Shown here piece after piece: positions 39,651-50,258 of a stretch of 64,000 nucleotides of DNA. This DNA is from a virus (Duplodnaviria; Caudoviricetes), in the IMG/VR virus record IMGVR_UViG_3300017912_001009, positions 1 through 64,000 of that record; one strand, given 5' to 3'. Positions within the stretch are counted from its first letter, which is position 1. Each line of letters starts with the position of its first letter. The position numbers were made by a program, and so were the translations under genes. The notes beneath the pieces were generated by a model. It was not told the DNA's origin, made no database searches, and was given only the letters and a program-made list of their open reading frames with translations.

Positions 39651-40988
39651 TTATTCTACCTCGTTCTTTACTATGGATTCCAACTTGTCCATTTCTATTG
39701 TCTTGTCATTGTCATAATACTTCGCAACAGTGTCAATATCAATGTTGTATTTTGCGAAGTCGTAGTTCTTATCGTCTTTATGATTCTCATACTTCATGAG
39801 TTTGAAGAGTTCTTCCTTGCGAGCGTTATACCAAGATGCCTTTTTGTGGCTCTTCTTCATACGAAGCAACTCGACCAATATCTCTGCGTTCTTCTTCTTG
39901 AGTTTGAAGTAGGGCATACACTTGCTTAGTATTTCATTAACGTCATTGCGAGAGTAGAAGTTCAATCTGTTGATTGGTTTGGTGTCCTGTGGTGATTTTT
40001 GGTCGAGGTGTAGTCTACCACAACCTAGTGACTTATGCATCTCTATCATGAAGGCTTTACCTCTGTCTCCGGTGGCGACCAAACCAACTCTAGGATTGTG
40101 GTTCTTGTCCATTGTGATATACCCATCTGAGTCGATGAAGGCAGCAGTGTAGGCATATATGTCCTTCTTTATCTCATCGCTCATCTTGTATAATGCACCA
40201 TCTACGACTGTCACATTAGCAGAACGTGCCATCTTGGATATCATAGATGGAGATGTCTTTCTGAAGAGATTGTTTGGTAGTCTCTCATGAACTTGCCTAG
40301 CAGAGATTCCTTGTTCCTCACTAACTAGTTTTACGATGTGTCTCTTAATGAGTTCCTTTGGCCCTATGTTGACTACATATTTTTTAATTGTAGAGTTTAC
40401 TTCTCTCTTTGTGCTTGCCATCTCCTTTGTCAACCTAGCATACTCTTCACCATAGGCCATCCCATCTCTGTCTAGCCTTGCTTCCCAATATTTGCATAGG
40501 GTGTCAATTATATCCCTACGAGTCTGCTCATCATGAATCAAAGACAGTTTGATTATATTCTCCTCTGATAGAGTTAAGTCTTTCAACGCAGGTTTGTATT
40601 TTCTAATCCAATATATCTTGTTTATATTTTCATCTAAGTGATTAGAGTATGCGTTGATTAGATTGTCTATTGATTTCGTGACTGCTATCTTTGGCTCTCC
40701 CTTCAGGGTTCTACGATAGGTTCTCAACTCCTTTATCATGAGCGGGATGTCCCTTCCTTCTATCTCATATTTCTTCAATGAGTTGCTCATTGCCTTTCTA
40801 GCCTCTGATAGACCAACGTTGTATTCCTTTGCAAATTTCTTCTCTATCTCAAAATGACTAGTTAGTGGTTGATTATCTAACCATTCACTTTTGAGTGACT
40901 CTGTGATTTCCTTCTGTCTCTCTTGGAGTTCCTCTTCTTGGTCAGCGAGTGCAGCCGCTTCCCTGAGTTTATCTCCTTTTTCTCCCAC
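39651..40988 (-). CDS. Protein with HTH and C-terminal LAGLIDADG endonuclease-like domain (445 aa)
   Basis: AYTAAFIDSDGYI motif, downstream LSKCMPYFKLKKKNAE; HTH-like ISARQVHERLP. Confidence 0.7.
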   Translation of the reverse strand: MGEKGDKLREAAALADQEEELQERQKEITESLKSEWLDNQPLTSHFEIEKKFAKEYNVGLSEARKAMSNSLKKYEIEGRDIPLMIKELRTYRRTLKGEPKIAVTKSIDNLINAYSNHLDENINKIYWIRKYKPALKDLTLSEENIIKLSLIHDEQTRRDIIDTLCKYWEARLDRDGMAYGEEYARLTKEMASTKREVNSTIKKYVVNIGPKELIKRHIVKLVSEEQGISARQVHERLPNNLFRKTSPSMISKMARSANVTVVDGALYKMSDEIKKDIYAYTAAFIDSDGYITMDKNHNPRVGLVATGDRGKAFMIEMHKSLGCGRLHLDQKSPQDTKPINRLNFYSRNDVNEILSKCMPYFKLKKKNAEILVELLRMKKSHKKASWYNARKEELFKLMKYENHKDDKNYDFAKYNIDIDTVAKYYDNDKTIEMDKLESIVKNEVE

Positions 40989-40997
40989 ATCTTCACC

Positions 40998-42434
40998 TCA
41001 AAAGTTGATACCCATCACACCGGATACACTACGCCGAGTAGTGGTAGGTTCATCAAAGATGTCCAAGTCATCCAACAAAACAAACTGTTCTCCTGTTCCC
41101 TGAGCAGCAGCATTTGCCAATGCTAAACTCATCACTAAATCGTCATGTGCGCCGACTCCCTCAAACTTACCACTTGCAGTTATTGAGAACATCGATAGTT
41201 CCTCAATCAAAGCACCAGTCAGTCTTCTACTTGCATTGTCACCATAAGGCATGATTATCTTCTGATTCTCTATGTTCATCTGAAGATTTAGAATTATCTC
41301 CTGTTTCTTCTTTCTAGTTGTGTTGAAGTCTCTGACATTCAAATCTGTCATATTCTTGAGTTCCTGTGTGAATGCCTTTGCGAATGTGTTAGTCTCAAAT
41401 AGAATCTCTTCCGGCTCAAACACCTTGCCAATCAAACGTATCTTCTCTATGTTCTCTCTGAACTCTATGTTCTTGGCTCTGTCAACATGAACGATTGCCT
41501 TGTTCTTATTCTCATCCACCTCTAAAACTGTGATTACGTTATAGTCACCATCGGTTGAGATAGCAGGGTCAACACCGACATAGTATTTGTAGCCCTTGTC
41601 TTTTCTATTTCCTAGTTTCAAAATGTAGTCCTTGTTCTTACACTTCTCGATAAACTCAGGATTGAAGAGAGCAGTTCCAGTGGAGATTGGAACACACAGA
41701 TACTCTCTTGTAAACTTCAGAGAACCTATCTCTGCCTTCCTCTGCATTAATGCATCGAAGTCCCAACGGTCAGGCCAAAGCGGTTCATTCAATGCATTAA
41801 GACATGGGTATTTCGTTACAGTGTATGCCTCGTTCTCTTCCAATTGTGCGAAGATATCAGTGTAGGTAAACGGTGTTCCAATCATCCTTAGTTTGGAAGT
41901 GTGATGCAAAGTCGGAATCATGTCACCGAAGAACCAATCTGTTACTCTCTGAATACCAGCGAGACTGAACTCCTTCAAGGGGTCGTCAATGATAATCTCC
42001 TGTGGGTGAAGACCACGAATCTGAGAACCAACGGAACGCTCTAGAATCGCATTGCCGTTGGTAAGTTGAATGTTCCCGATTGCCCATCCACGACTAGGCT
42101 TGAATTGTTTCAACGCTGGATGGTTGAAGTATCTATCAATCTCCCTCATGTGAACAAGTGTCTGCTTTTGATTCGATGATATGTATAGCATCTGAAATGG
42201 AGGCTCTTGGAATATGAGATTCCATACAACCCAACAATGCATGAAGACTGATTTTCCGTGGTCTCTGCTACAAACGATAACTGTCCTGTCTGTCTTCTCC
42301 ATAGACTCTAGCCACTCTTTCATGTATTCAGGATACATCATACCCAATACGTTCTGAAAGAAATATGGAAATGAGTTTCTAGATAATTCCATATCCATGC
42401 TAGATACGAAATCTAAGTTGTCTAGTTCAGGCAC
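40998..42434 (-). CDS. terL: Terminase large subunit (~478 aa)
   Basis: Walker A SRDHGKS, Walker B IIIDD, nuclease GVDPA and HDDLVMSLA; probable GTG start at 42434 after GAGGTG. Confidence 0.92.
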   Translation of the reverse strand: MPELDNLDFVSSMDMELSRNSFPYFFQNVLGMMYPEYMKEWLESMEKTDRTVIVCSRDHGKSVFMHCWVVWNLIFQEPPFQMLYISSNQKQTLVHMREIDRYFNHPALKQFKPSRGWAIGNIQLTNGNAILERSVGSQIRGLHPQEIIIDDPLKEFSLAGIQRVTDWFFGDMIPTLHHTSKLRMIGTPFTYTDIFAQLEENEAYTVTKYPCLNALNEPLWPDRWDFDALMQRKAEIGSLKFTREYLCVPISTGTALFNPEFIEKCKNKDYILKLGNRKDKGYKYYVGVDPAISTDGDYNVITVLEVDENKNKAIVHVDRAKNIEFRENIEKIRLIGKVFEPEEILFETNTFAKAFTQELKNMTDLNVRDFNTTRKKKQEIILNLQMNIENQKIIMPYGDNASRRLTGALIEELSMFSITASGKFEGVGAHDDLVMSLALANAAAQGTGEQFVLLDDLDIFDEPTTTRRSVSGVMGINF

Positions 42435-42920
42435 TAGAAAACACCTCTCATTAGAATGAACCTCCAACCCAAGTTCTTCTTGATGCCCCAATCATCACCA
42501 TACCTCTGTCGAAACTTATCGACTAACTCTTCAGGTATTCCCATTAAGTCATCAGTTTGAAACTTCAGATTTCTATGCAAACCAACCCATGTTTGCTGTG
42601 GTATCTTCGTAGACCGAAGCCCTAGAATCTTAGGTTTACCTGCTAACTTGTCCATCCTATACTGCAAGAGTGCCTTCCAGTTTCCACCGCCTTTCGGTGC
42701 TTTTCTGTCTCTCGCCTTCAACCCGCCTAAGATACCATAGTCTCCCTTGTCACTGTATCCAGCAATACCAACAACCTCACCATCGTTTGTTCTGACAACC
42801 CAATTATCCAAGTCATACCAAGAAGGAGCGTTTCTCACAAATGGGTCATCAGGGTTGTCCCTGTTCCACATGAAGATAGCATCTTGTTGGGATACTTCCT
42901 TGATTTGTATGTCTGCCATT
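42434..42920 (-). CDS. GNAT-fold acetyltransferase-like protein (~161 aa)
   Basis: WVVRTNDGEVVGIAGY...ILGGLKAR...GGGNWKALL resembles GNAT strands and motif A; ATG at 42920 follows GGTGAGG. Confidence 0.5.
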
Positions 42921-42923
42921 TCC

Positions 42924-45803
42924 TCACCTGAAGTTCGCTTTGAGGAAATAGACCCCCTCTTGTGGAATACCGTACTTAGTCCCAATATTACTCATTGAGT
43001 CTAGTTCCTTGACAACCTTCTCTACTTCCATAGCAGACATGTCTACATTGTACTTGTCGTTCATCAGGTCTATCGCCTCTGAAACCGCATCGTAGTTTTC
43101 TATATTGGACATGCCATAGTAAATCGGCTTTCCTAGCATCTTCCTGATTTCATCGTGAGCCTTGAGAATCAATGTCTGTTCCTCGGACTTCGTTATCTTC
43201 AAGTCCGTTTCTGCTTGTACTATGTTTCCAATCAGCCGTTCTGAACCCTTGACCTTATCCTTGTATGTCTCCTTATTGGATATGAGATGATTGAGAACTG
43301 CCTCAAATGGATATACCTTGCTTGCCTCATAATCCTTAGCCCACTCGCTCGTTGGTTTCTTACTTCCTCCTAGCCCGAACTCTTTGGCATCCAAGCCTGA
43401 CTCATCGAATATATTGTGCAAGAAGTTTCCAAACTCCACATTGACTGCATTGGTTATCTCACCGTCATAGATGTCATCTATCTCATCTGCTAGTTTCTTG
43501 GTTGTCTGCAATAACTCATTTTGCTTTGACCCTACATTCAGGCCAGTCAGCAGTTGGGAGAAGTCTCGTATATTCTCTATTTGACCTAGACTCAGACTGA
43601 ACTCATTGCTCTCCATCCTTAGAAGTGCTATAAGAGGACTCACCTCTGCATTAGTCTCCATCGCTATGTTTTCAATAGGGCGACTACCAACCTTCTCAAT
43701 AAACTCAAGTGGTATGTCTGATGGTTTGAACTTACTCCTACTAGGCTCTATGTAGAAATTTACTATCGCTTTTATTAGGTCTTCAAACTTATCACCTATA
43801 TTCAGTCTGTTCAGTTCCTTGATGTGAGTAAGCCCTGCTCCTGCTCTACCGAATGAGGCTCTAGGAGAACGTGCTTCTCTCATAGTCTCACCTTCCTTCG
43901 TTTTCCTCTCCTGTTGTCCAAGACCAACACTGCCAGCCTTTGAGCGTCTTTCAAAATCAGTGCCGAACTCTATGAACTCGTTGACTGTTTCCAAATACTT
44001 CTGAATTCTTTCGTGAACCTTAGCATCATCATCTGAAGTTCTACCTAGTTCCTTCATCACTGGAAGATACAATTCCCTTACCGAACCAACTTCCATTTGC
44101 TGCAAGTCCTTTATGTGACTCTCCAAGCGAGGTATCAAGTCACCCATATCGATGATAACAAGACCAGTCTTCATCCTTCTTTCGATTTCACGCAACTGCT
44201 TCTTTAACGATGCTCCTGCGACTAACGCTCCTGTGTCATCCCTCTCTGCTGCGTAGGCATATAGAGGGTCTACCTTTATCTTTGAGAATGAGTTTATCTT
44301 ATCCTTCAACTCATCTTCACTATCTAAGTTCTCTAATTCGTCAACCATTGCACCATAGTCACTCATTGGTATTTCGTCTATGGTCTTCTTGTCTTCGTCA
44401 AGCATTGTGATATCTGCTTTTGGTAATTGTGCATTCTCTTTCAAGAACTCCATTAGAAGTGAGATGGCCTTGTCTTCTATGTTGGCTATGTCTTCAATCT
44501 CCACTCTTTCGTAAAGGGCAATGTAATTCAACTCCTCAACCTTGAAAGCAACAAACTCATCAAAGACCTTCTTCAACTCAGAAGAATACTCATCGCTGAT
44601 TTGGTCAATGGCATCCTTGAAGGCATTGTGTGCTTCCTTGAAATCCTCAAACTCAGAGTTTATTTTCTTCCAATAGTTGTAGATTTCTTGTCTTCTCTTT
44701 CTGTCCTTGGTATCTACTCTGCCCATTATCTCAGAAGCCCTTAGTGTGGAGATGCTATACCTTCCCTTGCCCTCTGTCTTCTTCTGCCCTAATTCCTTAA
44801 GCATCGTTTTGAATGGATACATGATAGGAATCAGATACTCAGGTATCGAAGTATCCAGAATCTTAATTGCTCTGTCGGTGTCCATTTTGTCGAAGCCCAA
44901 TCTGATATTCTTCTTGACATAGTTCTCCCATGCTCTATTCCTAGTTAGTGTCCTTTTCGGACTGCGAAACTTATCGAAGTAAAACTTGACTATCTTCTCA
45001 TCCAAGGGTTCTCCCCTTAGTCTGAACAACCCTAGTATGTCTAGCAAGTCCTTGTCCTGCTTGACATTGTTCACCACTTCAGAGGCAGTCATCTTGACTC
45101 TCTCTGAGTCACCTGCTTCCGACACTGCCTCAAACCCTAGAGTCATTACCTCCTCTAGAAGCGGCTTTCTCTTTCTTGCTGGAATCTGCTTGAAACTTGG
45201 GAACTTCTTTTCTACCTCATCTGTGACATCCTCTAGAACTGCTCTAGGTTTCTTCGTTGTTCCATCTGCATTTAGAATGAGCCTACCTTGAAGGTTCTTC
45301 CCCCTCATTATCGCAATGTCGCTAGAGCCTCTAGAGTTTGACTTACTCTGCAAGTAGACGTAAAGCACATCATCGGGGAAGGCTTTCATGTCACGCAGTT
45401 TCAACTTCTCGGTGACTTTTCCTTTAGGTGCAGGGGCTTCTCCTATCTCCTGCTTGAGCCTAGCAATCGCCTCCTCCTTGTTGAACTTAGCAGGTACTGG
45501 CTCTTCTATCTCGACTTCTTTTTCTTCAAACTCTCTAGTTTCAGGGTTATACTCGCTTCTCTTGACTTTCTTTTTCTTTTGAGTGTATTTCTCAACTCCC
45601 CTTCTCTTCAGTTCTGCTATGACTTCCTTATACGTCATCTCATCAGGATTCAGTCGCTCTGCAATTGTCGAGTCAGTAGTCTTAGGATTACCTTGCTCAT
45701 CGAAGTGTTCAGCGTTCAACCTATCCATGTATGCTTCAAGAGCATCCTCGCCACCTTCCATGAGGAAAGAAAACGCCCTGTTCAAATCGACTTCGGGCTT
45801 CAT
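42924..45803 (-). CDS. Very large charged helical protein (~959 aa)
   Basis: ATG at 45803 overlaps the upstream TGA; SAP/HeH-like MTYKEVIAELKRRGV near the N-terminus. Confidence 0.75.
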   Translation of the reverse strand: MKPEVDLNRAFSFLMEGGEDALEAYMDRLNAEHFDEQGNPKTTDSTIAERLNPDEMTYKEVIAELKRRGVEKYTQKKKKVKRSEYNPETREFEEKEVEIEEPVPAKFNKEEAIARLKQEIGEAPAPKGKVTEKLKLRDMKAFPDDVLYVYLQSKSNSRGSSDIAIMRGKNLQGRLILNADGTTKKPRAVLEDVTDEVEKKFPSFKQIPARKRKPLLEEVMTLGFEAVSEAGDSERVKMTASEVVNNVKQDKDLLDILGLFRLRGEPLDEKIVKFYFDKFRSPKRTLTRNRAWENYVKKNIRLGFDKMDTDRAIKILDTSIPEYLIPIMYPFKTMLKELGQKKTEGKGRYSISTLRASEIMGRVDTKDRKRRQEIYNYWKKINSEFEDFKEAHNAFKDAIDQISDEYSSELKKVFDEFVAFKVEELNYIALYERVEIEDIANIEDKAISLLMEFLKENAQLPKADITMLDEDKKTIDEIPMSDYGAMVDELENLDSEDELKDKINSFSKIKVDPLYAYAAERDDTGALVAGASLKKQLREIERRMKTGLVIIDMGDLIPRLESHIKDLQQMEVGSVRELYLPVMKELGRTSDDDAKVHERIQKYLETVNEFIEFGTDFERRSKAGSVGLGQQERKTKEGETMREARSPRASFGRAGAGLTHIKELNRLNIGDKFEDLIKAIVNFYIEPSRSKFKPSDIPLEFIEKVGSRPIENIAMETNAEVSPLIALLRMESNEFSLSLGQIENIRDFSQLLTGLNVGSKQNELLQTTKKLADEIDDIYDGEITNAVNVEFGNFLHNIFDESGLDAKEFGLGGSKKPTSEWAKDYEASKVYPFEAVLNHLISNKETYKDKVKGSERLIGNIVQAETDLKITKSEEQTLILKAHDEIRKMLGKPIYYGMSNIENYDAVSEAIDLMNDKYNVDMSAMEVEKVVKELDSMSNIGTKYGIPQEGVYFLKANFR

Positions 45804-47656
45804 TGACCTACCCCCTGTGATATCTGAATCCAAATCGCAGGTTCTACAAAGCCGCCATCGGGACTAGGTATCTTAGTACCCATGACCTTGCCCTCTGCAC
45901 TGATGTCCTTCATTCTATTCTTTACGTTGTCAAGGAATGCTCTCCTTACTTTAGGATACATTTCGATAACTAACTTCTTGAAATCTTCACTGCTTATACT
46001 TCCTTCTTTCAAATCCTCTTCATCTATCTCAGTCTCATACTCACCGAAGAACTCACTCAATCTCTTCAGTGTGATGATAATCTTATCCAGTGTCCCATCG
46101 TTTGCTGGATTCTTAGATGGGGTTAGATTGTCACTTATCGTATCTTCAAGAATAGACCAAGCATCAGAGTTCTTCTCCTCCACGAAATATCTGAGTTTGG
46201 GTTTGTCTAAATCGAGAGATTGCATTCTGTTTGTCTTTCTATTGAGTCTCATATTTTCTAAAGCACCAATAACATCATCGATGTCTCCGACCTCTTCCTC
46301 AATATCATCCATATTCTCAAACTTATCATTGATTCCTAGTTTCTTTATGGCTGCTGTGAAGTTCTTTGCGGAGTCATCCTCTAGTGCTTCGACCAACTCA
46401 TTCCTTATCTCTTCGGTCATAGCGTTGCTTGTGTCACCCGATACCTCTGCCATCACTTCTTTGAATGCGGCATTCGCATCCTCGTCTGCCTTGATATCTG
46501 CAAACATTCTTCTCTTTGCTTGGTTGCCCTTTCTTGAGAGACTGTCATACTTGTTTCTGTTGTCTTCCCTGAGTTTGATTCTCTTTTCTTTCTCCTCATC
46601 GGACTCGCCTTTAGGCCCAAACCAATTCTCTATGTCTTCCTTGTACTTATCGTAAATGACGCTTATGCTTGGCTCGTCTATTATTTCGTCTATTATCTTC
46701 CGCAAGGCTCTTTCCTCTACGTTACTGCGCTTCTTGTAGGATGTCGGAATTGCAGATTGATTCAACTCTTCGTTTTCTAGTATGAATTCCAAGGCAGGTG
46801 ACAGCACCCTAGTCCCGAACAATATCAGAGTCCCGGAGTCTGTGTTATCAGTGATGAACGCCCTCTTCTTATCTCTGACTGACGAGATGTTCATTATCTT
46901 CTTGATGTAGTCAATCGCTATATCGTCACTGATGCTAGTCCCAATCTCTACTTGAGGCACACCACCTATCTTGAGAATCTTCTTGATTTCAACTAGTTCA
47001 GGATACTTGTCCTCTGCATCGCTTAGAATTGCTCTTCTCAGAGTCTTGTTCGTCTGTATGAATCTCCTCACTCTTTGGTTACTCGCATCTAACTTAGCAG
47101 CATACTTCTTCTTTCCTCTTCCTTGTAGGACTTTCAGGAGTTCTTCGTACTTCTTATTCTTGATGAAACTCTTTACATCAGCATCGAGATTGCCCCTGAT
47201 GTTTCCTTGGCTGGTCTTCTTTGGTTTTATATCATTCAATCGAGCAATGACCTTATCGACATCATCCACAACTTCATCTTGTAACTTGAAATCTGTTCCT
47301 CCGATGTTCACGACTTCCCCTTGGAGGAGTTTCTTGGCTTTCTGAACATTCCTAATTGTGTAATTATCTAAACCGTCTTTCGTAAACTCCGCCCAAGTAT
47401 CATCATTAGACGCTGCTTGCCAAATCTCAAACGTTGGTGTGCCTCGCTTTACTGGAAAGTCCTTCACTTCCTGTTTGCCGAAATCGAAGAGATTCGCATT
47501 CTTCGTCTTTGCAGACTCCTTCTGTCTCTCTAACTTTCTTTTTCGGTCTCTGTGAAACTTCGCTCTCTTACCTGACTTGTCCCACGTTCCCATTACTGGC
47601 TTTTCAACTGGTTTAGGGCCAGTTTTCTTTTCCTTGAGAACGTCTTGCCAACTCAT
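45800..47656 (-). CDS. Large W-motif protein (MSWQDVLKE; ~618 aa)
   Basis: ATG at 47656 overlaps the upstream TAA; basic N-terminus, acidic C-terminus. Confidence 0.75.
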   Translation of the reverse strand: MSWQDVLKEKKTGPKPVEKPVMGTWDKSGKRAKFHRDRKRKLERQKESAKTKNANLFDFGKQEVKDFPVKRGTPTFEIWQAASNDDTWAEFTKDGLDNYTIRNVQKAKKLLQGEVVNIGGTDFKLQDEVVDDVDKVIARLNDIKPKKTSQGNIRGNLDADVKSFIKNKKYEELLKVLQGRGKKKYAAKLDASNQRVRRFIQTNKTLRRAILSDAEDKYPELVEIKKILKIGGVPQVEIGTSISDDIAIDYIKKIMNISSVRDKKRAFITDNTDSGTLILFGTRVLSPALEFILENEELNQSAIPTSYKKRSNVEERALRKIIDEIIDEPSISVIYDKYKEDIENWFGPKGESDEEKEKRIKLREDNRNKYDSLSRKGNQAKRRMFADIKADEDANAAFKEVMAEVSGDTSNAMTEEIRNELVEALEDDSAKNFTAAIKKLGINDKFENMDDIEEEVGDIDDVIGALENMRLNRKTNRMQSLDLDKPKLRYFVEEKNSDAWSILEDTISDNLTPSKNPANDGTLDKIIITLKRLSEFFGEYETEIDEEDLKEGSISSEDFKKLVIEMYPKVRRAFLDNVKNRMKDISAEGKVMGTKIPSPDGGFVEPAIWIQISQGVGQ

Positions 47657-48309
47657 TGTAACTTCTCCTGCATCTTGTCCCTTACATCCAACCAAACTTC
47701 AGGATGGTTCTGTGCTAGAACCTCCTTGATGACCTGCATCTGATGAACGATGATAGTGTCTTGCCTCTTATGCACCAGTTTGCCCTTGAATTCTAGCAAA
47801 TACTTCAGAGACTCACGAACTTCCTTCGCTAATTTCGTCAAAGAGTCGATATATTTCGGGTCTGTTGAGTCTTCAGCAAAAAGTGTATCAATTTTTTGCT
47901 CCAATCTCTGAACATTCACACTCAGAGTCTCGATTTCGTCAACTTCTCTAGTTGCAATCAGGTTTGCAGCAGATTGTTGGACAATTGGCTGAAGATGTTT
48001 ATCCATATGTCGCATAACTTGAGCCTCAGAGCAGTTTAGCATCTTCCCGACTGCCGAAGGAGTCACTTCTCCGGCATGAAGTTCCGCTTCTATCTCATGT
48101 CTCATGGGACTTGTGCAGATATTGCAACTAGGATTGGCAGATTCCACATATCCGCCCATGTGATTCCTCTGATGCTTCGCTGTTGTGCCGCTTTTCCAGT
48201 TCATTTGTTGGTCGAGAGCGTCTGCTGTGTAATTCATGGCTTCCAAATCAGCCTCAAGTTGACTTCTATCCTCATGCATACACAAAGGACAACGCTTTCT
48301 CGTAATCAT
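47653..48309 (-). CDS. Tandem CxxC-HTH-HxxxH protein, candidate terminase small subunit (~218 aa)
   Basis: Two repeats (CPLC...KHQRNH; CNIC...RHMDKH) followed by a coiled coil; upstream of terL. Confidence 0.5.
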   Translation of the reverse strand: MITRKRCPLCMHEDRSQLEADLEAMNYTADALDQQMNWKSGTTAKHQRNHMGGYVESANPSCNICTSPMRHEIEAELHAGEVTPSAVGKMLNCSEAQVMRHMDKHLQPIVQQSAANLIATREVDEIETLSVNVQRLEQKIDTLFAEDSTDPKYIDSLTKLAKEVRESLKYLLEFKGKLVHKRQDTIIVHQMQVIKEVLAQNHPEVWLDVRDKMQEKLQ

Positions 48310-48408
48310 ACCCACTCAAATCCAACAATTGGTGAAGCAATACGGGCAACAAGTACCCACTGCCATGTTCTCGACATTCACCTTTCTTATTCCTCTACAC
48401 TTCATCTA

Positions 48409-49512
48409 TTACACCGCCTTGATAATTTCTCTCCAATCCGAAAAATCCTGCTTTTCTACCTTCTCTTCTGTTTTCTTGTTCTTGAAACCAGCGATTTCTG
48501 CCATGTTCCTAAGTTGCCTTCTTGAAATCGAGAGATAGACATTATCCAAATCTAATTTTACCTTAGACCCTAACCATGCCAGTAGTTTCTCAGACTCAGC
48601 ATCTGATAACTTGAATGATATCTTCGCTGTTTTGCTTTTTTCATCTATGAGTTCTTTGTGAACCTTCCTGTCAAGGAAGTTACCGCTTCTCTCAAACGTA
48701 TAGGCCGGGTCTCTCACTTTGCTATCGAACCAACTTTTGAATGCACTAAGATTCTCGTAGACCCATTTTGCCGCAACTCCCCTCTTTGCTCCTCTCTCTA
48801 GTTTCTCTAGGCGAAGAGGCTTCTGAGGAGTATTGATGAACTCTGCCTTTGGAATTGCCTCAGTGAACTCCTTGCACAATTGAAGCAAACTAGGATGCTT
48901 GAAATCTAAACCTCCATCACCGAACAATGCTTGCCAAACAGGGGGTTTTGCCTTTCCTGCTTTCGTGTTGTAATAATGAGAGGGAACACGCTCAACTGTC
49001 CTGTCTTTATGCCTTCTCTGAAACTTCACATACTTAGGTGTCCTGAAATCACCGAAGATATCCCTTCTTCCTAGAATCTTTCCCTGTTGGTCATAAGATG
49101 TGATATCGTTGAATTTTATATTGGCTGGATTAACCTTGGAGGTTGGGCTATTCATTGCGTCTTGCAAGTAAGTCTGCAAATCTGCAACTGCTTGAATCTG
49201 TGCTGGTGTGAAGAACCCCTTCTTACCTGCGTTTTTCGCCTTAGCGAGATACTGTTGTAGAGGAGACTCTGCTGGTTTCTTGCTACCATCGGCTTGCGCT
49301 CTTCCAACCTTGCCCATGTTGCCGATGAACTCCAAGATGTTAGTGCTTGTCCTACCAGTATTCAACTTGAACTTTCCAGCCGCTCTCTCCCAAGCCACAT
49401 ACTCGTCAGAGAAATTAGGTAGTGCGTCAGGGTTTTTAGGCTCTACCACCAATTCGGGGGTAATTTCTACTTGGGAAGTCTTCTTTTTTACGTTTCTTTT
49501 TCCCTTTACCAC
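48409..49512 (-). CDS. Basic hypothetical protein with C-terminal W motif (DWREIIKA; 367 aa)
   Basis: Long ORF in the operon. Confidence 0.7.
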   Translation of the reverse strand: MVKGKRNVKKKTSQVEITPELVVEPKNPDALPNFSDEYVAWERAAGKFKLNTGRTSTNILEFIGNMGKVGRAQADGSKKPAESPLQQYLAKAKNAGKKGFFTPAQIQAVADLQTYLQDAMNSPTSKVNPANIKFNDITSYDQQGKILGRRDIFGDFRTPKYVKFQRRHKDRTVERVPSHYYNTKAGKAKPPVWQALFGDGGLDFKHPSLLQLCKEFTEAIPKAEFINTPQKPLRLEKLERGAKRGVAAKWVYENLSAFKSWFDSKVRDPAYTFERSGNFLDRKVHKELIDEKSKTAKISFKLSDAESEKLLAWLGSKVKLDLDNVYLSISRRQLRNMAEIAGFKNKKTEEKVEKQDFSDWREIIKAV

Positions 49513-49630
49513 GCTTCTTTCCTCCCCCGTAACTTATGTTGAACAACGCCTGTGTCCCGGAGGAGGTTGATGTAACTGCGCCCTCCGCTCGCAGGATATT
49601 AAACCAAGAAGATTCGTATGGTGATGACAC
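49436..49630 (-). CDS. Small W-motif protein (SWFNILRA; up to 64 aa)
   Basis: Carries the motif; overlaps the downstream gene. Confidence 0.5.
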   Translation of the reverse strand: MSSPYESSWFNILRAEGAVTSTSSGTQALFNISYGGGKKRGKGKKKRKKEDFPSRNYPRIGGRA

Positions 49631-49695
49631 AACCTGAACCTCCTGAATATACTGTGGACAATAAACATTGTTCTAAAATCGTTTGGTTGACGAAT

Positions 49696-50232
49696 TTAGA
49701 ATTGGCCTTGTACGACACTCGACTGAGGCTTGTCTTCAATGAACCGTCTTGCTCTGTTATCCTTGAATCTAGTCATTGGATTGACTCTCCTAAGTGCGTT
49801 CATGAAACCGCCTCTTTGTTGCCTTGCTTGGAATTGTCTTGGGTCAGTCATTTTCTTTCCTTCAAATCTTGCAGTCTTAGGAATGCGAACAGTCATGTCC
49901 TTACCCATGAAAGAGCCTTTTGCCTCATAACCTGCCTTTCTGAAAACCTGCTGCAACTTTGCCTTGATTCTATTTGGGTCTCCTCCTAATCTTCTGATTT
50001 GGTCTCGACCAACAACAAACGTGTCTCCTTGAGGGCCACTGTTAGCAGCATTGTTGTCAACTCTCAACTTGAACACTGGAAGTTGACCCATTTTTAGATT
50101 GCTTACTATGTTCGTAACGAATGGATTTATCTGCTTCTCTTGGAACTCCTCTATCTGAGCATTTATGGCTGCCTCATTTCCTTCTACACCAAACTTAGGC
50201 ACTACCTTCAGAACCTCTGTCCAATCACTCAT
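49696..50232 (-). CDS. W-motif protein (MSDWTEVLKV; ~178 aa)
   Basis: ATG at 50232 follows GGGGGT. Confidence 0.7.
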   Translation of the reverse strand: MSDWTEVLKVVPKFGVEGNEAAINAQIEEFQEKQINPFVTNIVSNLKMGQLPVFKLRVDNNAANSGPQGDTFVVGRDQIRRLGGDPNRIKAKLQQVFRKAGYEAKGSFMGKDMTVRIPKTARFEGKKMTDPRQFQARQQRGGFMNALRRVNPMTRFKDNRARRFIEDKPQSSVVQGQF

Positions 50233-50258
50233 CGTTAATCCCATACCCCCTAAGTTAA

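Noticed and set aside
39651-40988. LAGLIDADG domain as an intein in terL or portal
   Set aside because: It is a separate ORF with its own start and stop; no C/S...HN splice motifs; terL, portal, ligase and RNR look uninterrupted.
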